DNA from: Eledone cirrhosa
Taxonomy: Eukaryota
NCBI GenBank assembly: GCA_964016885.1
Contig: OZ024765.1
Location: 10,664,001-10,728,000, forward strand
Length of the DNA stretch: 64,000 nt
Direction: 5' to 3'
In this document: positions 52,393 through 64,000 of the stretch, piece by piece
Position numbering within the stretch: the first letter of the stretch is position 1
Layout: each line of letters starts with the position of its first letter
Translations under genes and position numbers: made by a program
The notes under the pieces: generated by a model
Told to the model about the DNA's origin: nothing
What the model saw: only the letters and a program-made list of their open reading frames with translations
The model's database searches: none

Positions 52393-55300
52393 ATATCAGC
52401 TTACGCACCCCAATCGGGGCTGCCAGACGAACTTAAGGATAGGTTTTACGAGTCCCTAATACACACTACTGCTCTAACAGACGACAAGGACTTCCTAATC
52501 ATTGCAGGAGATTTTAACGGACACGTAGGTAAACACTGCGACGGCTTCAATAGAGTACATGGAGGCCATGGAGTTGGCACAAGGAATGAGGAAGGATTCA
52601 GACTTCTAGAATTCTGCGACGCCAATGACATGTCGATATGTAACACAAACTTTAAAAAACCCGACAACCACCTGATCACCTATAGATCAGGGGAGCACTC
52701 TAGTCAGTTAGATTTTATTCTCATCAGAGGACGTGACAGATGGACGGTCGTAAACACAAAAGCCTTCCCTAGTGAGGAATGTACATCCCAACATAGCTTA
52801 GTTGTCAGCGACCTCACGGTCAGAACTAGACGAGCCCTGAAACAGAGGCCAACCTGGAGAAGAAAGATCTGGAAGCTGAAAGTCCCCTCAACCAGTAACA
52901 GATTTAAAGATATTTTACTCAACGCCTACGACAGTAAAGAAGAACAGATAGAGACATTTAACGTAGAAGAGAACTGGGAGTTCCTAAAAAATAACTTACT
53001 AGAGGCGACGGATGAGGTTTGTGGCTGGAGTAAGACCTCAAGCAGGAGGAGAGTGACTTGGTGGTGGAACAATAAAGTAGATGAAGCAGTCAAGGCCAAG
53101 AGACAGGCATGGAAAGAATGGAAGAACGGGGGGAGCAGGGTACATTACATAGAGACCAAGAGGGAAGCTAGGCGACAAGTATACTTAGCTAGGAGGGAAG
53201 CAGAGGATAGAAAATTCAAGCATGTTTTACAACGTGAGGACCAGAAACAGGAGGTATTCAAGATTGCGAGGCAGTGTGTCAGAGATAGTTGTGATGTCAT
53301 TGGAGAGAAGTGTATCCGGAATGATAAAGGTGAGCTTGCCCTCACAAGTGCTGAGAAGAAAGATGCATGGAAGAGTCATTATGATAGATTACTAAATGAG
53401 GAGAATGCATGGGAAGAAGAGACCCTACCCCACGTAGACCCTATAGAGGGACCAGCAGTACAAGTCAGCGGCAGCGTAGTAAGTAAGGCAATCAGAGATA
53501 TGAAGATAGGGAAGGCAACCGGTCCATCGGGTATAGCTGCCGAGATGCTGAAGGCATCTGGGTCTGTAGGTCACACTATAACCACACGTATCGTTAACCA
53601 GGTAATACTAGAGGGGGCCATACCAAAAGATTGGTGCAGTAGCATCATTGTCAACTGCTACAAAGGTAAAGGCGATGCACTAGATAGAGGAAACTATAGA
53701 GGTATAAAGTTGATGGACCAGGTCATGAAAGTAACAGAAAGAGTTATAGCACAGCTGATTAGGGACCGGGTGAATATAGACGAGATGCAATTTGGGTTTG
53801 TTCCAGGGAAAGGCACCACTGATGCGCTCTTCCTTGTGAGGCAATTACAGGAAAAGTACCTAGCTAAAAGTAAGCCACTCTACTTGGCATTTGTCGACCT
53901 TGAGAAAGCCTTTGACAGAGTTCCACGTGCAGTAATCTGGTGGGCTCTTAGAAAACTAGGAGTAGATGAATGGCTTGTGAAAGCGGTACAAGCCATGTAT
54001 AGGGGAGCAGTCAGCAAAGTTAGGATTGGCAATGAGTATAGCGAGGAATTTAGCGTACAGGTTGGGGTCCACCAGGGCTCTGTTCTTAGCCCTCTCCTGT
54101 TCATCATAGTCCTGCAGGCAATAACGGAGGAGTTTAAGACCGGATGCCCATGGGAACTCCTGTATGCTGATGACCTCGCACTCATAGCTGAATCTATGGT
54201 AGAACTAGAGAATAAATTCCAAACCTGGAAGCAGGGACTAGAGAGAAAGGGCCTCAAAGTCAACATGACAAAGACTAAGGTCCTTATAAGTAGACGAGAA
54301 AACAGAACCCAGATCCCCTCAGGGAAATGGCCTTGCTCAGTATGTAGGAAAGGTGTAGGTAGGAACTCCATTCTTTGCCCCAAATGCAAACAATGGGTAC
54401 ACAAGAGATGTAGCGGGATCTCAGGAAGCTTAATTAAGAATGTAGGATTCACATGCAGCAGCTGTGCTGAAACAGCAAGCAAACAGCCACAGGAAACAAG
54501 TACCACCAATCTCTGGGAGGGCCCTGTAGAAACAGTAGACAGCTTCTGCTACCTAGGTGACCGAATTAGCAACGGAGGTGGGTGCTCAGAAAGTACAATA
54601 ACTAGGGTAAGAACGGGATGGAAGAAGTTTAGGGAACTACTACCACTGCTAGCTGCAAAAGGCTTCTCCCTCAGAATGAAAGGCAGACTGTATGATGCGT
54701 GTATCCGAACAGCGATGTTGCATGGTAGTGAGACCTGGGCGCTGAAGGTGGAAGACTTACGTAGATTAGAGAGAAACGAAGCCTGCATGCTCCGATGGAT
54801 GTGTAACAGTAATATACGTGAACGACAAAGCATAAATGAATTGAGAGAGAGACTGAGCATAAGAGGAATCAAATGCTGCGTGCAGGAGAGGCGGTTACGC
54901 TGGTATGGACATGTGATGCGTATGAAGGATGACAGCTGCATAAAAAGGTGCAGAGCACTAGAAGTTGATGGAAACCGCGGAGTGGGGGAGACCCAAGATG
55001 ACTTGGGATGAGGTGATAAAAGCCGACCTTACCCAACTACACCTCTCAAAGTCAATGACACACGACCGTGACTTCTGGCGTCACGCAGTAATACAGGGTA
55101 CCCGACCTCCCATGGGTACATGCTGAAGCATATAAACAATATGCCCCCCCCCCCCCACCGCAAGGTGGTCGTGGAGGTGCCACGGCAAAAAAGCACCCAG
55201 CCCACACTGTAAAGTGGACGTGTAGGCGCCACGAAAAAGCACCCAGCACTCACTGTAAATGAGGTTGGTGTTAGGAAGGGCATCCAGCTGTAGAAATCAA

Positions 55301-55430
55301 GCCAGATCAGTTCCTGTATGAGCAAGGCATGGTCAGCCGACCAGACACTGCCCACAACAGGACAACCCGTCTAACCCATGCTAGCGTGGAAGAACGGACG
55401 TAAAACGGTGATGATGATGATGATGATGAT
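52393..55430 (+). mobile_element. RTE-clade LINE, 5'-truncated: partial APE endonuclease, RT, PHD-like zinc finger, C-terminus, 3' UTR, (GAT)n tail
   Basis: SAYAPQ, IAGDFNGHVG, QLDFIL and SQHSLV (APE); NYRGIKL, QFGF, FVDLEKAFD, GVHQGSVLSPLLF and LLYADDL (RT); CxxC...CxxCxxxxHxxC...CxxC. Open 52393-54988; one extra G in the run at 54984-54988; the corrected frame stops at 55126. Confidence 0.96.
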
Positions 55431-56529
55431 ATATATGTATATATTTATATATATATATATACATACACACACGCATATATATATACACATACATAAATAA
55501 ACATATAACGTCTTATATAAACATATATCAATATATTAATTTCTGTCAGATATGTAAACTATGTACATGACCTATAATACTAATAATACTAATAAAAGAA
55601 AGATGAAATAGAGAATATGGGACGCACTGCACCAAAGGGTTTGTTGATATAAATTTCTGTTAGTGAGACAGAAGTCCTATATTTTGTAAATTACACTTTA
55701 AGTTGAATTAACTTACATATAATTTTCATCATCATCATTGTCATCATCATCTTAACATAATTGGCCTCGGCCCCTCATGTAACCTCCTATGTTTATAATG
55801 TGGCATACCTGCCGTTTAATGCCCCCCTCCAATTTCATTTCCTCATAATTTGAGTAAAAATGCCTCTATTCTGTCACAGTTGCTATGAAAGAAAACCACA
55901 CATTTTAAAAGGATTATCATCATTTTTATCTTCGTTTAATATCAGTTTTCCATGCTAACCAGGGTTGAATTGGTCTACATACACCTAGTAAGTACTGAAG
56001 CGGGGCTACTGACCTCTCAGACAGGCTGAAGGTTCTGCAACTCACTCATGTATGGTCATATGTTCTATCAGTTGCAGAGCGGAAGTTGTTGTGTCTTTTG
56101 ACACAAACTGAAGGGTCTTTCCAACCTCTTTTTTGGCAAGATTTCTATGGCTGAATGTCATTCCTAGCACCAACCACTTTACAGCATGTACTAGGTGTGT
56201 TTATCATGTAGATCACCAACACTAGGGAGGTTGTCATGTCCTTGACTCAACTGAAGGAGCCTCCTAACCCTGTGTTCAGCAAGATTTCAACAGCTGGATG
56301 CCCCTTCTATCACCAACTACTTTGAAGCATGTACTAGGTGTGTTTATCATGTAGATCACCAACACCAGGGAGGTTGTTGTCTTTGACCCAACTGACAGGT
56401 CCTCCTAACATTTTGTTTAGCTGATCTTCTACAGCTGGATGCCTTTCCTAACACCAACCACTATACAGTATGTACTGGCCATTTTAATTGTATAGAATAT
56501 ACAATTATTATTTTCACGATTTCATTGTA

Positions 56530-56612
56530 AACCCTCCACTGTCCCTGTCAATTGTATTGTCCCCTATCTGTTGGCCCTAGTGGCCAATAAAGAAATCATT
56601 ATTATTATTATT
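56530..56612 (+). mobile_element. Tx1-like 3' UTR end
   Basis: gtattgtcccct...ggccaataaagaaatc matches the reverse complement of about 58336-58385. Confidence 0.5.
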
Positions 56613-56619
56613 TCCATTA

Positions 56620-56795
56620 TTATTTTTATTGCACATCATTACTGCTTTACCGAGCACAGCTCTGTGCTCCTTGGGTATGTGCAGTGTAGGTTTTTCTGGT
56701 GTTGTTTCTATTGTAATGAGAAGTACTTTTCGTAATATGTGTGCAGTACCTCATAGTGCTATCTTGTGTATGCTGTATATATTTGTAAGTCCTGT
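56620..56795 (-). mobile_element. R4/Dong-clade 3' remnant 1
   Basis: Minus strand GLTNIYSIHKIAL*GTAHILRKVL; (TAA)n on its 3' side. Confidence 0.7.
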
Positions 56796-56931
56796 GGTAC
56801 TCTATATATATATATATATATATACAGTACCTAGTAATGCTATCTTTTGTATGGGCGATTTAATCGACTCTCCCCTCCCCCAAATTACTGGCCTTGTGCC
56901 TCAAGTAGAAATTATTATTATTATTATTATT

Positions 56932-57174
56932 CCTTGAATCTCAGTCATTGTTGTTGGAATGAATATCAAGCCACTACCTGCAGCCTCAGATATTCAGGAC
57001 GTATCGGAGGGTTCTTGCTGTTCCCAGCAAGCATGCCTTTTGAAGCGTTCCAAAAAGCGTGAAGGGGCCAATTTTCTTTAACCGTCCCTGGAAACTTTTG
57101 GAGATAGTCCCAGTGCGCCTATGACAATCGGGATCACTTTGACTTCATGGCAGTTCCAAATCCTTTTACCTCCC

Positions 57175-57178
<4 letters not shown>
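56932..57178 (-). mobile_element. R4/Dong-clade 3' remnant 2, within (TAA)n
   Basis: Minus strand KRIWNCHEVKVIPIVIGALG, frameshift, TISKSFQGRLKKIG...LQKACLLGTARTLRYVLNI*; (ATT)n on both flanks. Confidence 0.8.
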
Positions 57179-57218
<40 letters not shown>

Positions 57219-57224
57219 TTTCAG

Positions 57225-57368
57225 ATTTAGTCCAATGTACAAATGAGCCGAATGTCTACAATTCCACAATTGGCTGATCTCTTAATTGAACGGACCCAGC
57301 ACGGGAACTGGGTAGTGGTGTTTAAATCGCTTATTACAATACAGAATCTGATGAACTTTGGTAACGAG
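57225..57368 (+). CDS. PICALM: Internal exon of a PICALM/AP180 (ANTH-domain) clathrin assembly protein, with an apparent +1 insertion
   Basis: Splice sites ttttcag|AT...AACGAG|gtatgt. Phase-1 frame gives [11 protein letters not shown]; the next frame gives [36 protein letters not shown]. This matches the recalled family motif YLxxCTNEPNVSIPxLAxLLIER...[16 protein letters not shown]. Confidence 0.9.
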
Positions 57369-57389
57369 GTATGTGTTTGTATATATTTC

Positions 57390-57760
<371 letters not shown>

Positions 57761-57857
57761 GCTGAGGTTAACTTTGCCTTTCATCCTAAAAAGTACCAGT
57801 CTGTTAATGGGGTCAATTCTTCCTCCATATTTCTTTCTTACCCCCCCCCCCCCTCTC

Positions 57858-57894
<37 letters not shown>

Positions 57895-57898
<4 letters not shown>

Positions 57899-58086
57899 AA
57901 TATAGATGAGATTCTACAGGACTAGAACTGTTTCATTCTTTAGAAATCATCAGGAATCCCGATGATTTCTAAAGAATGAAACAGTTCTAGTCCTGTAGAA
58001 TCTCATCTATATTAAAACTTTTATACTCTGCAATGTATTGAGTACCTTACTTACTGTGGTTACCTCCGACTCAACCCGGTATAACA
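57895..58086. mobile_element. Penelope-like family A repeat with an inverted 5' duplication; intact hammerhead on the minus strand at 57908-57960
   Basis: Palindrome at 57895-58017; minus strand GGGAUUC CUGAUGA...CUGUA^GAAUCUC; the plus copy reads CCGATGA (core broken); (TA)n flanks. Confidence 0.72.
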
Positions 58087-58098
58087 TATATATATATA

Positions 58099-58143
<45 letters not shown>

Positions 58144-58338
58144 TTATGATAAAACACAGCTGTCAGTAACAACCACTTTGTTAGATATCTTTAGGAAGTG
58201 GTAATTTGATATCTTTCTCTCTAACTCTGTCTGTCTGTCTGTCAGTCTACGTATGTATATTATATTTACCAATGTCTTTTTGAACAATAACAACAACAAA
58301 CCACATCCTTATAGCTCTTTGATAATTCATAGATAGAT

Positions 58339-58708
58339 TTCTTTATTAGCCACAAGGGCGCAACAAGAAAGGGGACAATACAAAGACATGCCGGGGATTT
58401 TACATACAGTCGTGTAAAAAATATAAAAACAAACAATTTCAACAATCGAAATCCCCAATAGGGGGGAGGCGCCACAAATGGGTTGTTTAATACCCCGTCG
58501 ATAGAACAACCCTCAACTCAAGGAGCGTGTTGTGCAAGTGCTCCTTTCTTCCCTTTGCTCTCTTCCTCAACCTACAGGCTTATAAACAGAGAAGGCCCAA
58601 TCACTCGGGCCATTTTCGCTTCATTCACCCACCTTTCAGTAAATTTACTGGGGTGCAGTGCCTCTCTCTCCACCCTGATTCTCCTTCTAAAGTGATACTT
58701 AAAGAAGG
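58339..58708 (-). mobile_element. Tx1/L1-clade LINE, 5'-truncated, with an 18-bp TSD
   Basis: gataattcatagatagat at 58321-58338 and 58709-58726; minus strand FFKYHFRRRIRVEREALHPSKFTERWVNEAKMARV...*; AATAAA-like signal near the 3' end. Confidence 0.72.
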
Positions 58709-59005
58709 GATAATTCATAGATAGATAGATAGAACAAAGTTATTGTGATTTAGTGTATAAATATTTGATGAACAATGTTGATGATAATACATATATATAC
58801 AAGATGTCCCCCAAAAATGTATACACACTGTGATTATCTGTACAGGCAATATTTATTAGAATGCTGTTGAAGTGTGTATACACACACACACACATACACA
58901 TACACACACACACATGCATACACATACACACACACACACATACACACACACGCACACATATATATGATGATGGTGATATATATATATATATATGTGTGTG
59001 TGTAA

Positions 59006-59140
59006 GGAAGCCTGATGATTTCTCCCGAATCAAACAGTTCTAGTTCTGTAGAAGCCATTTCTATATTAAATATTTATACTCTGCTATGTATTGAGTACCT
59101 TACTTACTGTGGTTACCCCCAATTGAACCTGAGATAAACT
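59006..59140 (+). mobile_element. Penelope-like family A repeat, diverged, with a decayed hammerhead
   Basis: cctgatgatttctcccgaatCAAAcagttctagttctgta, followed by the shared tgtattgagtaccttacttactgtggttacc tail. Confidence 0.65.
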
Positions 59141-59153
59141 TATATATATATAT

Positions 59154-59406
59154 ATATGTTAGGTAATTCCGAAGGAAAAGCAAAGGAAAAAAGAATGCTC
59201 TATGTATAGAACAGAGCTATTTAATTAGAGAGTGAACAACACAAAATATAACTACTCCATTAACAAAGGTTTTTGGATCCCAGAAAATATTAATATATGT
59301 CTGGATCGTTATATTTTGTGTTGTTCACTTTCTAATTAAATAGCTCTGTTCTATACATAGAGCACTCTTTTTTCCTTTGATTTTTCTTCGGAATTACCTA
59401 ACATAT
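59154..59406. repeat. Foldback or MITE-like inverted repeat, arms about 100 bp
   Basis: atgttaggtaattccgaag...aaaatataac pairs with gttatatttt...cttcggaattacctaacat. Confidence 0.85.
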
Positions 59407-59410
59407 ATTT

Positions 59411-59865
59411 CTAGGGCGGGTAAAATTCCCGAGATCCATGGACGAGTTCTCTCCAGCGGTCTCTGTCCCTCATTATCGCTGCCATGTCCTGCGTCTCCAA
59501 CAGACCAGTGTCTGTCCTTAGGGCATCAACATACGTTAACCTTGGTCTTCCTCTTCCAGTGTGTCCATGTAGGGGCTCCCACAGGAGCACTGAGTGCAAT
59601 GTCAACTCTGGACGTCGGTGAGCATGTCCAGCTAACGTCAGTCTCCTCTGTGTCACTTTTGAGCTGACTTTTGGTAGGTTCCCGTACAGCTCTGAGTTTT
59701 TCATCCTCACTGTATACTGATTAATGTTCAGAGCCATCCTCAGCATTCTCGTGTAGTACCCATCCACCATCTGAGTGAGTTTCTTGGTCAGTGTCCAAGT
59801 CTCAGACCCGTACAGCAGCACAGACTCCACTAGAGCAATGAAGAGGCGGATTTTCAGGTTTTTAG
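59411..59865 (-). mobile_element. RTE-like LINE, divergent family, 3' fragment
   Basis: Encodes KIRLFIALVESVLLYGSETWTLTK...DGYYTRMLRMAL...RRLTLAGH...GRGRPRLTYVD. Confidence 0.85.
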
Positions 59866-60215
59866 GTGCCTTGAGTGGACCCCATTCTGTTGCAAGCACT
59901 GAGGGCAGTCTGAGAAGCCCTGAAAAGTACCATGACCACTGCTCCTTCCTCCCTGCCCACCACCCTCTGAAGAGACAGTAAAAAAACAACTGCAGTGACT
60001 GCTTCTCATGTTTGATATTTAAAACCATCAAAACATGAGCTTCATTTCAGATTTATTTCTGATGTTGTGACAGTCATTTGTGTCAGCTGAATGTAAATAA
60101 CTGCAACACTTGCTCTATTCTTTTGGCACATTTTACCCTTGTAGTCCTAGATAAACTACGGCAGGAGACATTCTGCAATATATGAGAATCGGCTGAAAGG
60201 TTGATAGACTGACCA

Positions 60216-60560
60216 AGATACTCTCATGGAATGACTAAATGAGGTTTATTTTTCAACATAGTCCCTGGAAAGAAACAATGCAGTTATTAGTAAGAAGGGT
60301 TGAAATTAATGCATGGAAGATTTCACAGCTCTAGCATCACTCTTTCGTAGGTTGATCAAGATTCTCTCATCTCATCATCGTCTAGTCGAGCTTGCTCGGA
60401 CATACACGAGCCTTGCACGCCATGATGGAAGATACTCTCATGGAATGACCAAGTGAGGTTTATTTTTCACCTCAGTCCCTGGAAAGAAACAATACAGTTA
60501 TTAGTAAGAAGAGTTAAAATTAATGCATGCAAGATTTCACAGCTCTAGCATCACTCTTTC
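60216..60560. repeat. Direct duplication of about 130 bp (60216-60346 and 60429-60560)
   Basis: aagatactctcatggaatgac...ctctagcatcactctttc occurs twice. Confidence 0.8.
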
Positions 60561-60638
60561 ATAGTCAGCTTATGAATGTTTTAGCTAACCTTTGTAGTCC
60601 TAGACACATAGTGACTGAGCTGTCGTAATTTCTTTAAA

Positions 60639-61682
60639 CCCTTTAGCATTTAAACCGGCCATATCTGGCCAGGATTATCTCACCTCTTTCTATTCCAACC
60701 GGCTGTAACTGGTTGCTCATACTGATGTTAAGGTATTGTCCACAAAATAAATAACATCAAAATCTCATATATTCGATATTATGTGAGGTAAAGCCTTTAC
60801 CACAAAAATACAATCGTATATATAGAGTAATGTAAATGTTATGTGAGGTATTATGCGAGGGAAAGCCTTTACTGTGAAAATACAATAGTATATATAGAGT
60901 AATGTAAATGTTATGTGAGATATTATGCGAGGTAAAGCCTTTACTGTGAAAATACAATAGTATATATAGAGTAATGTAAATGTTATGTGAGATATTATGC
61001 GAGGTAAAGCCTTTACTGTGAAAATACAATAGTATATACAGAGTAATGTAAATGTTATGTGAGATATTATGCGAGGTAAAGCTTTTACTGTGAAAATACA
61101 ATAGTATATATAGAGTAATGTAAATGTTATGTGAGATATTATGTGAGGTAAAGCCTTTACTGTGACAATACAATAGTATATATAGAGTAATGTAAATGTT
61201 ATGTGAGATATTATGCGAGGTAAAGCCTTTACTGTGAAAATACAATAGTATATATAGAGTAATATAAATGTTATGTGAGATATTATGTGAGGTAAAGCCT
61301 TTACTGTGACAATACAATAGTAAATATAGAGTAATGTAAATGTTATGTGAGGTATTATGCGAGGGAAAGCCTTTACTGTGAAAATACAATAGTATATATA
61401 GAGTAATGTAAATGTTATGTGAGGTATTATGCGAGGGAAAGCCTTTACTGTGAAAATACAATAGTATATATAGAGTAATGTAAATGTTATGTGAGGTAAA
61501 GCCTTTACTGTGAAAATACAATAGTATATATAGAGTAATGTAAATGTTATGTGAGGTAAAGCCTTTACTGTGAAAATACAATAGTATATATAGAGTAATG
61601 TAAATGTTATGTGAGGTAAAGCCTTTACTGTGAAAATACAATAGTATATATAGAGTAATGTAAATGTTATGTGAGGTATTAT
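60639..61682. mobile_element. TTAA-type MITE with a 72/60-bp internal array, inverted relative to 47654-48423, other end missing
   Basis: ccctttagcatttaaaccggccatatc start; the array is the reverse complement of the one at 47660; abuts an RTE fragment. Confidence 0.72.
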
Positions 61683-62080
61683 GCGACGGCTGGAGAGAAA
61701 TGAGGCAAGCATGCTCCGTTGGATGTGCAGTGTAAATGTGCGTAAACGACCCAGCATGAATGTGTTGAGAGAGAAACTGTGTCTGAGAGGGATAGAATGT
61801 AGTGTACGGGAGAGGAGACTGAGGTGGTATGGACATGTGATGCGCATGGAGGATGACCGATGGGTGAAGAAGTGCCAGGAAATGCCAGTTGAAGGAAGAC
61901 GTGGTAGAGGTAGACCACGAAAAACACGGGCGGAGGTGGTGAGAACAGACCTCAGATCGCTGAAGCTCACGGTGGAGATGACGAAGGACCGTGACGAGTG
62001 GAGAGATGCTGTGCTGAATAAGACCCGTCCCACCCTTTCAAGCAGGGAAGAGCGGATGTAAAATGATGATGATGATGATA
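61683..62080 (+). mobile_element. RTE family B 3' fragment
   Basis: Encodes RRLERNEASMLRWMC...RRLRWYGHVMRM...GRPRKT, then (GAT)n. Confidence 0.9.
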
Positions 62081-62542
62081 TATATACACATAATTTCAGT
62101 TTGTCTAGTTCAATACATTTATATACATATATCAATGTGTATGTGTGTGTATATATCTATGTGTATGTGTGTGTATATCTATGTGTATGTGTGTGTATAT
62201 ATATCTATGTATATGTGTGTATATATATCCATATGTGTGTGTGTGTAAATATGCTTATTTATATGTATGTATATATGTGTGTGTGTGAGTGTATATATAT
62301 GTGTGTGAGTGTATATATATATGTGTGAGTGTATATATATGTGTGTGAGTGTATATATATGTGTGTATGTGAGTGTATATATATGTGTGTGTGAGTGTAT
62401 ATATATATTCGTGTGTGTGTATTGATATATATATGTGTACATGTGTGTATTGATGTGTGTGTGTGTGTATTGATCTTGCAGTTTTTAAAAGTGGTATGAT
62501 AACCTGTTTATTGTATCACATCAACAACATAGCTAAGTATAG

Positions 62543-62544
<2 letters not shown>

Positions 62545-62584
<40 letters not shown>

Positions 62585-62622
62585 CTCTCTCTCTCTCTCT
62601 CTCTCATTCTCTCTCTCTCTCT

Positions 62623-62698
<76 letters not shown>

Positions 62699-63062
62699 CT
62701 CTCTCTCTCTCTCTCATTCTCTCTCTCTCTCTCTCTCTCTCTTACTCTCTCTTTCACACTCTCTCATACTCTCTCTCTCTCATACTCTCTCTCTCTCATA
62801 CTCTCTCTCTCTCATACTCCCTCTCTCACACACTCTCACTCACACACTCTCATACTCTCTCTCACACTCTCTATCTCATATACTCTCTCTCTCATTCTCC
62901 ACCCTCTCTCTCATTCTCTCTCTCATACTCTCTCTCTCTCATACTCTCTCTCTCTCTCATATTCTCTCTCTCCCATACACTCTCTCTCTCATACACACAT
63001 TCACACTCTCTCTCTCACACACACACTCACACTCTCTCTCTCACACACACACTATCTGTTTC

Positions 63063-63116
<54 letters not shown>

Positions 63117-63140
63117 TCTCTCTCACTATCTCTCTCTGAA
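62545..63140. repeat. (CT)n/(CA)n compound microsatellite
   Basis: Visible directly. Confidence 0.9.
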
Positions 63141-63194
63141 TTTCTATTTCACCATTTCATTTTTCTGTCTCCCCACCCCCACGTCTTTGTATTA

Positions 63195-63314
63195 TTAGAG
63201 TCGGACGCCATGCTTTGCAGCATAGAGTTACGCCCCTTTACGGTCTAAGTTCAAATCCCGCCGAGGTTAACTTTACTTTTCATCCTTACGGGGTCGATAA
63301 AATAAAGTGCCAGT
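63195..63314 (+). mobile_element. SINE-like family 2 fragment
   Basis: gtcggacgccatgc...agttcaaatcccgccgagg...gggtcgataaaataaagt. Confidence 0.7.
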
Positions 63315-64000
63315 ACGTGTGTGTGTGTGTGATACAGAGACGTGTGTGTGTGATACAGAGACGTGTGTGTGTGTGTGATACAGAGATGTGTGTGTGTGTG
63401 ATACAGATGCGTGTGTGTGTGGGGTGACATCGTGTGTATTATATTGTGAGTGTAAGTGTGATATTTTGTGTGTGTGATTGTGATATCATGTGTGTCTATG
63501 TGATATTGTGAGTGTATGTGGGATATGATATCATCTGTGTATGTGTGATATCATGTATGTGTGATACCTTATATGTGTGATATCTTATATGTGTGATATC
63601 ATATATGTGTGATATTATGTATGTATGTGATATTGTATTATCATGTGTGTATGGTTGATATCATGTGTGATACCATGTGTGTATGTGATATTGTGATATC
63701 GTGTGTGTGTGTGTGTGTGTGTTGGCACCTCCAGTGCAGTTGCATGACCAGTCACATGACTCATCACATGACTGCTGTTATGACACCAACATCTTCTGCA
63801 GTTATTTCAGCAAACCAAAACACTACCACCACCACCACGTACACCACTATCATTATCACCATACACCACCACTACCTCCACTGTCGCTACCACCACCACC
63901 ACCACGTACACCACTATCATTATCACCATCACCATAACTACCACTACAGACACCACCACTACCACTACTGTCAGCACCACCACCATCATCACTATACCAC

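Overview
Eukaryotic, extremely repeat-rich DNA. The repeat families and microsatellite load look like an octopus (coleoid cephalopod) genome; this is my inference from recalled repeat motifs, not a search result. Nearly all ORFs in the supplied track are artefacts of microsatellites and minisatellites. The only host-gene segment I can identify is one internal exon (57225-57368, +) of a PICALM/AP180 (ANTH-domain) clathrin adaptor. It carries an apparent 1-nt insertion, so much of the window is probably intronic. Mobile elements: a 5'-truncated but nearly intact RTE-clade LINE (about 52393-55430) and many RTE 3' fragments; tRNA-derived SINEs with RTE-type tails; 3' fragments of R4/Dong, CRE, Tx1 and CR1/L2-like LINEs; hAT, Tc1/pogo-like and TTAA-type MITEs; and several minisatellites seeded by transposon sequence. 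The most notable non-obvious signal is a set of type-I hammerhead ribozyme folds in short Penelope-like repeats. Three lie in and beside a 216-bp palindrome at 42257-42617, and a second family lies at 9841-9907. Several long inverted repeats could form dsRNA in a pre-mRNA. I see no evidence of a novel multi-gene system.
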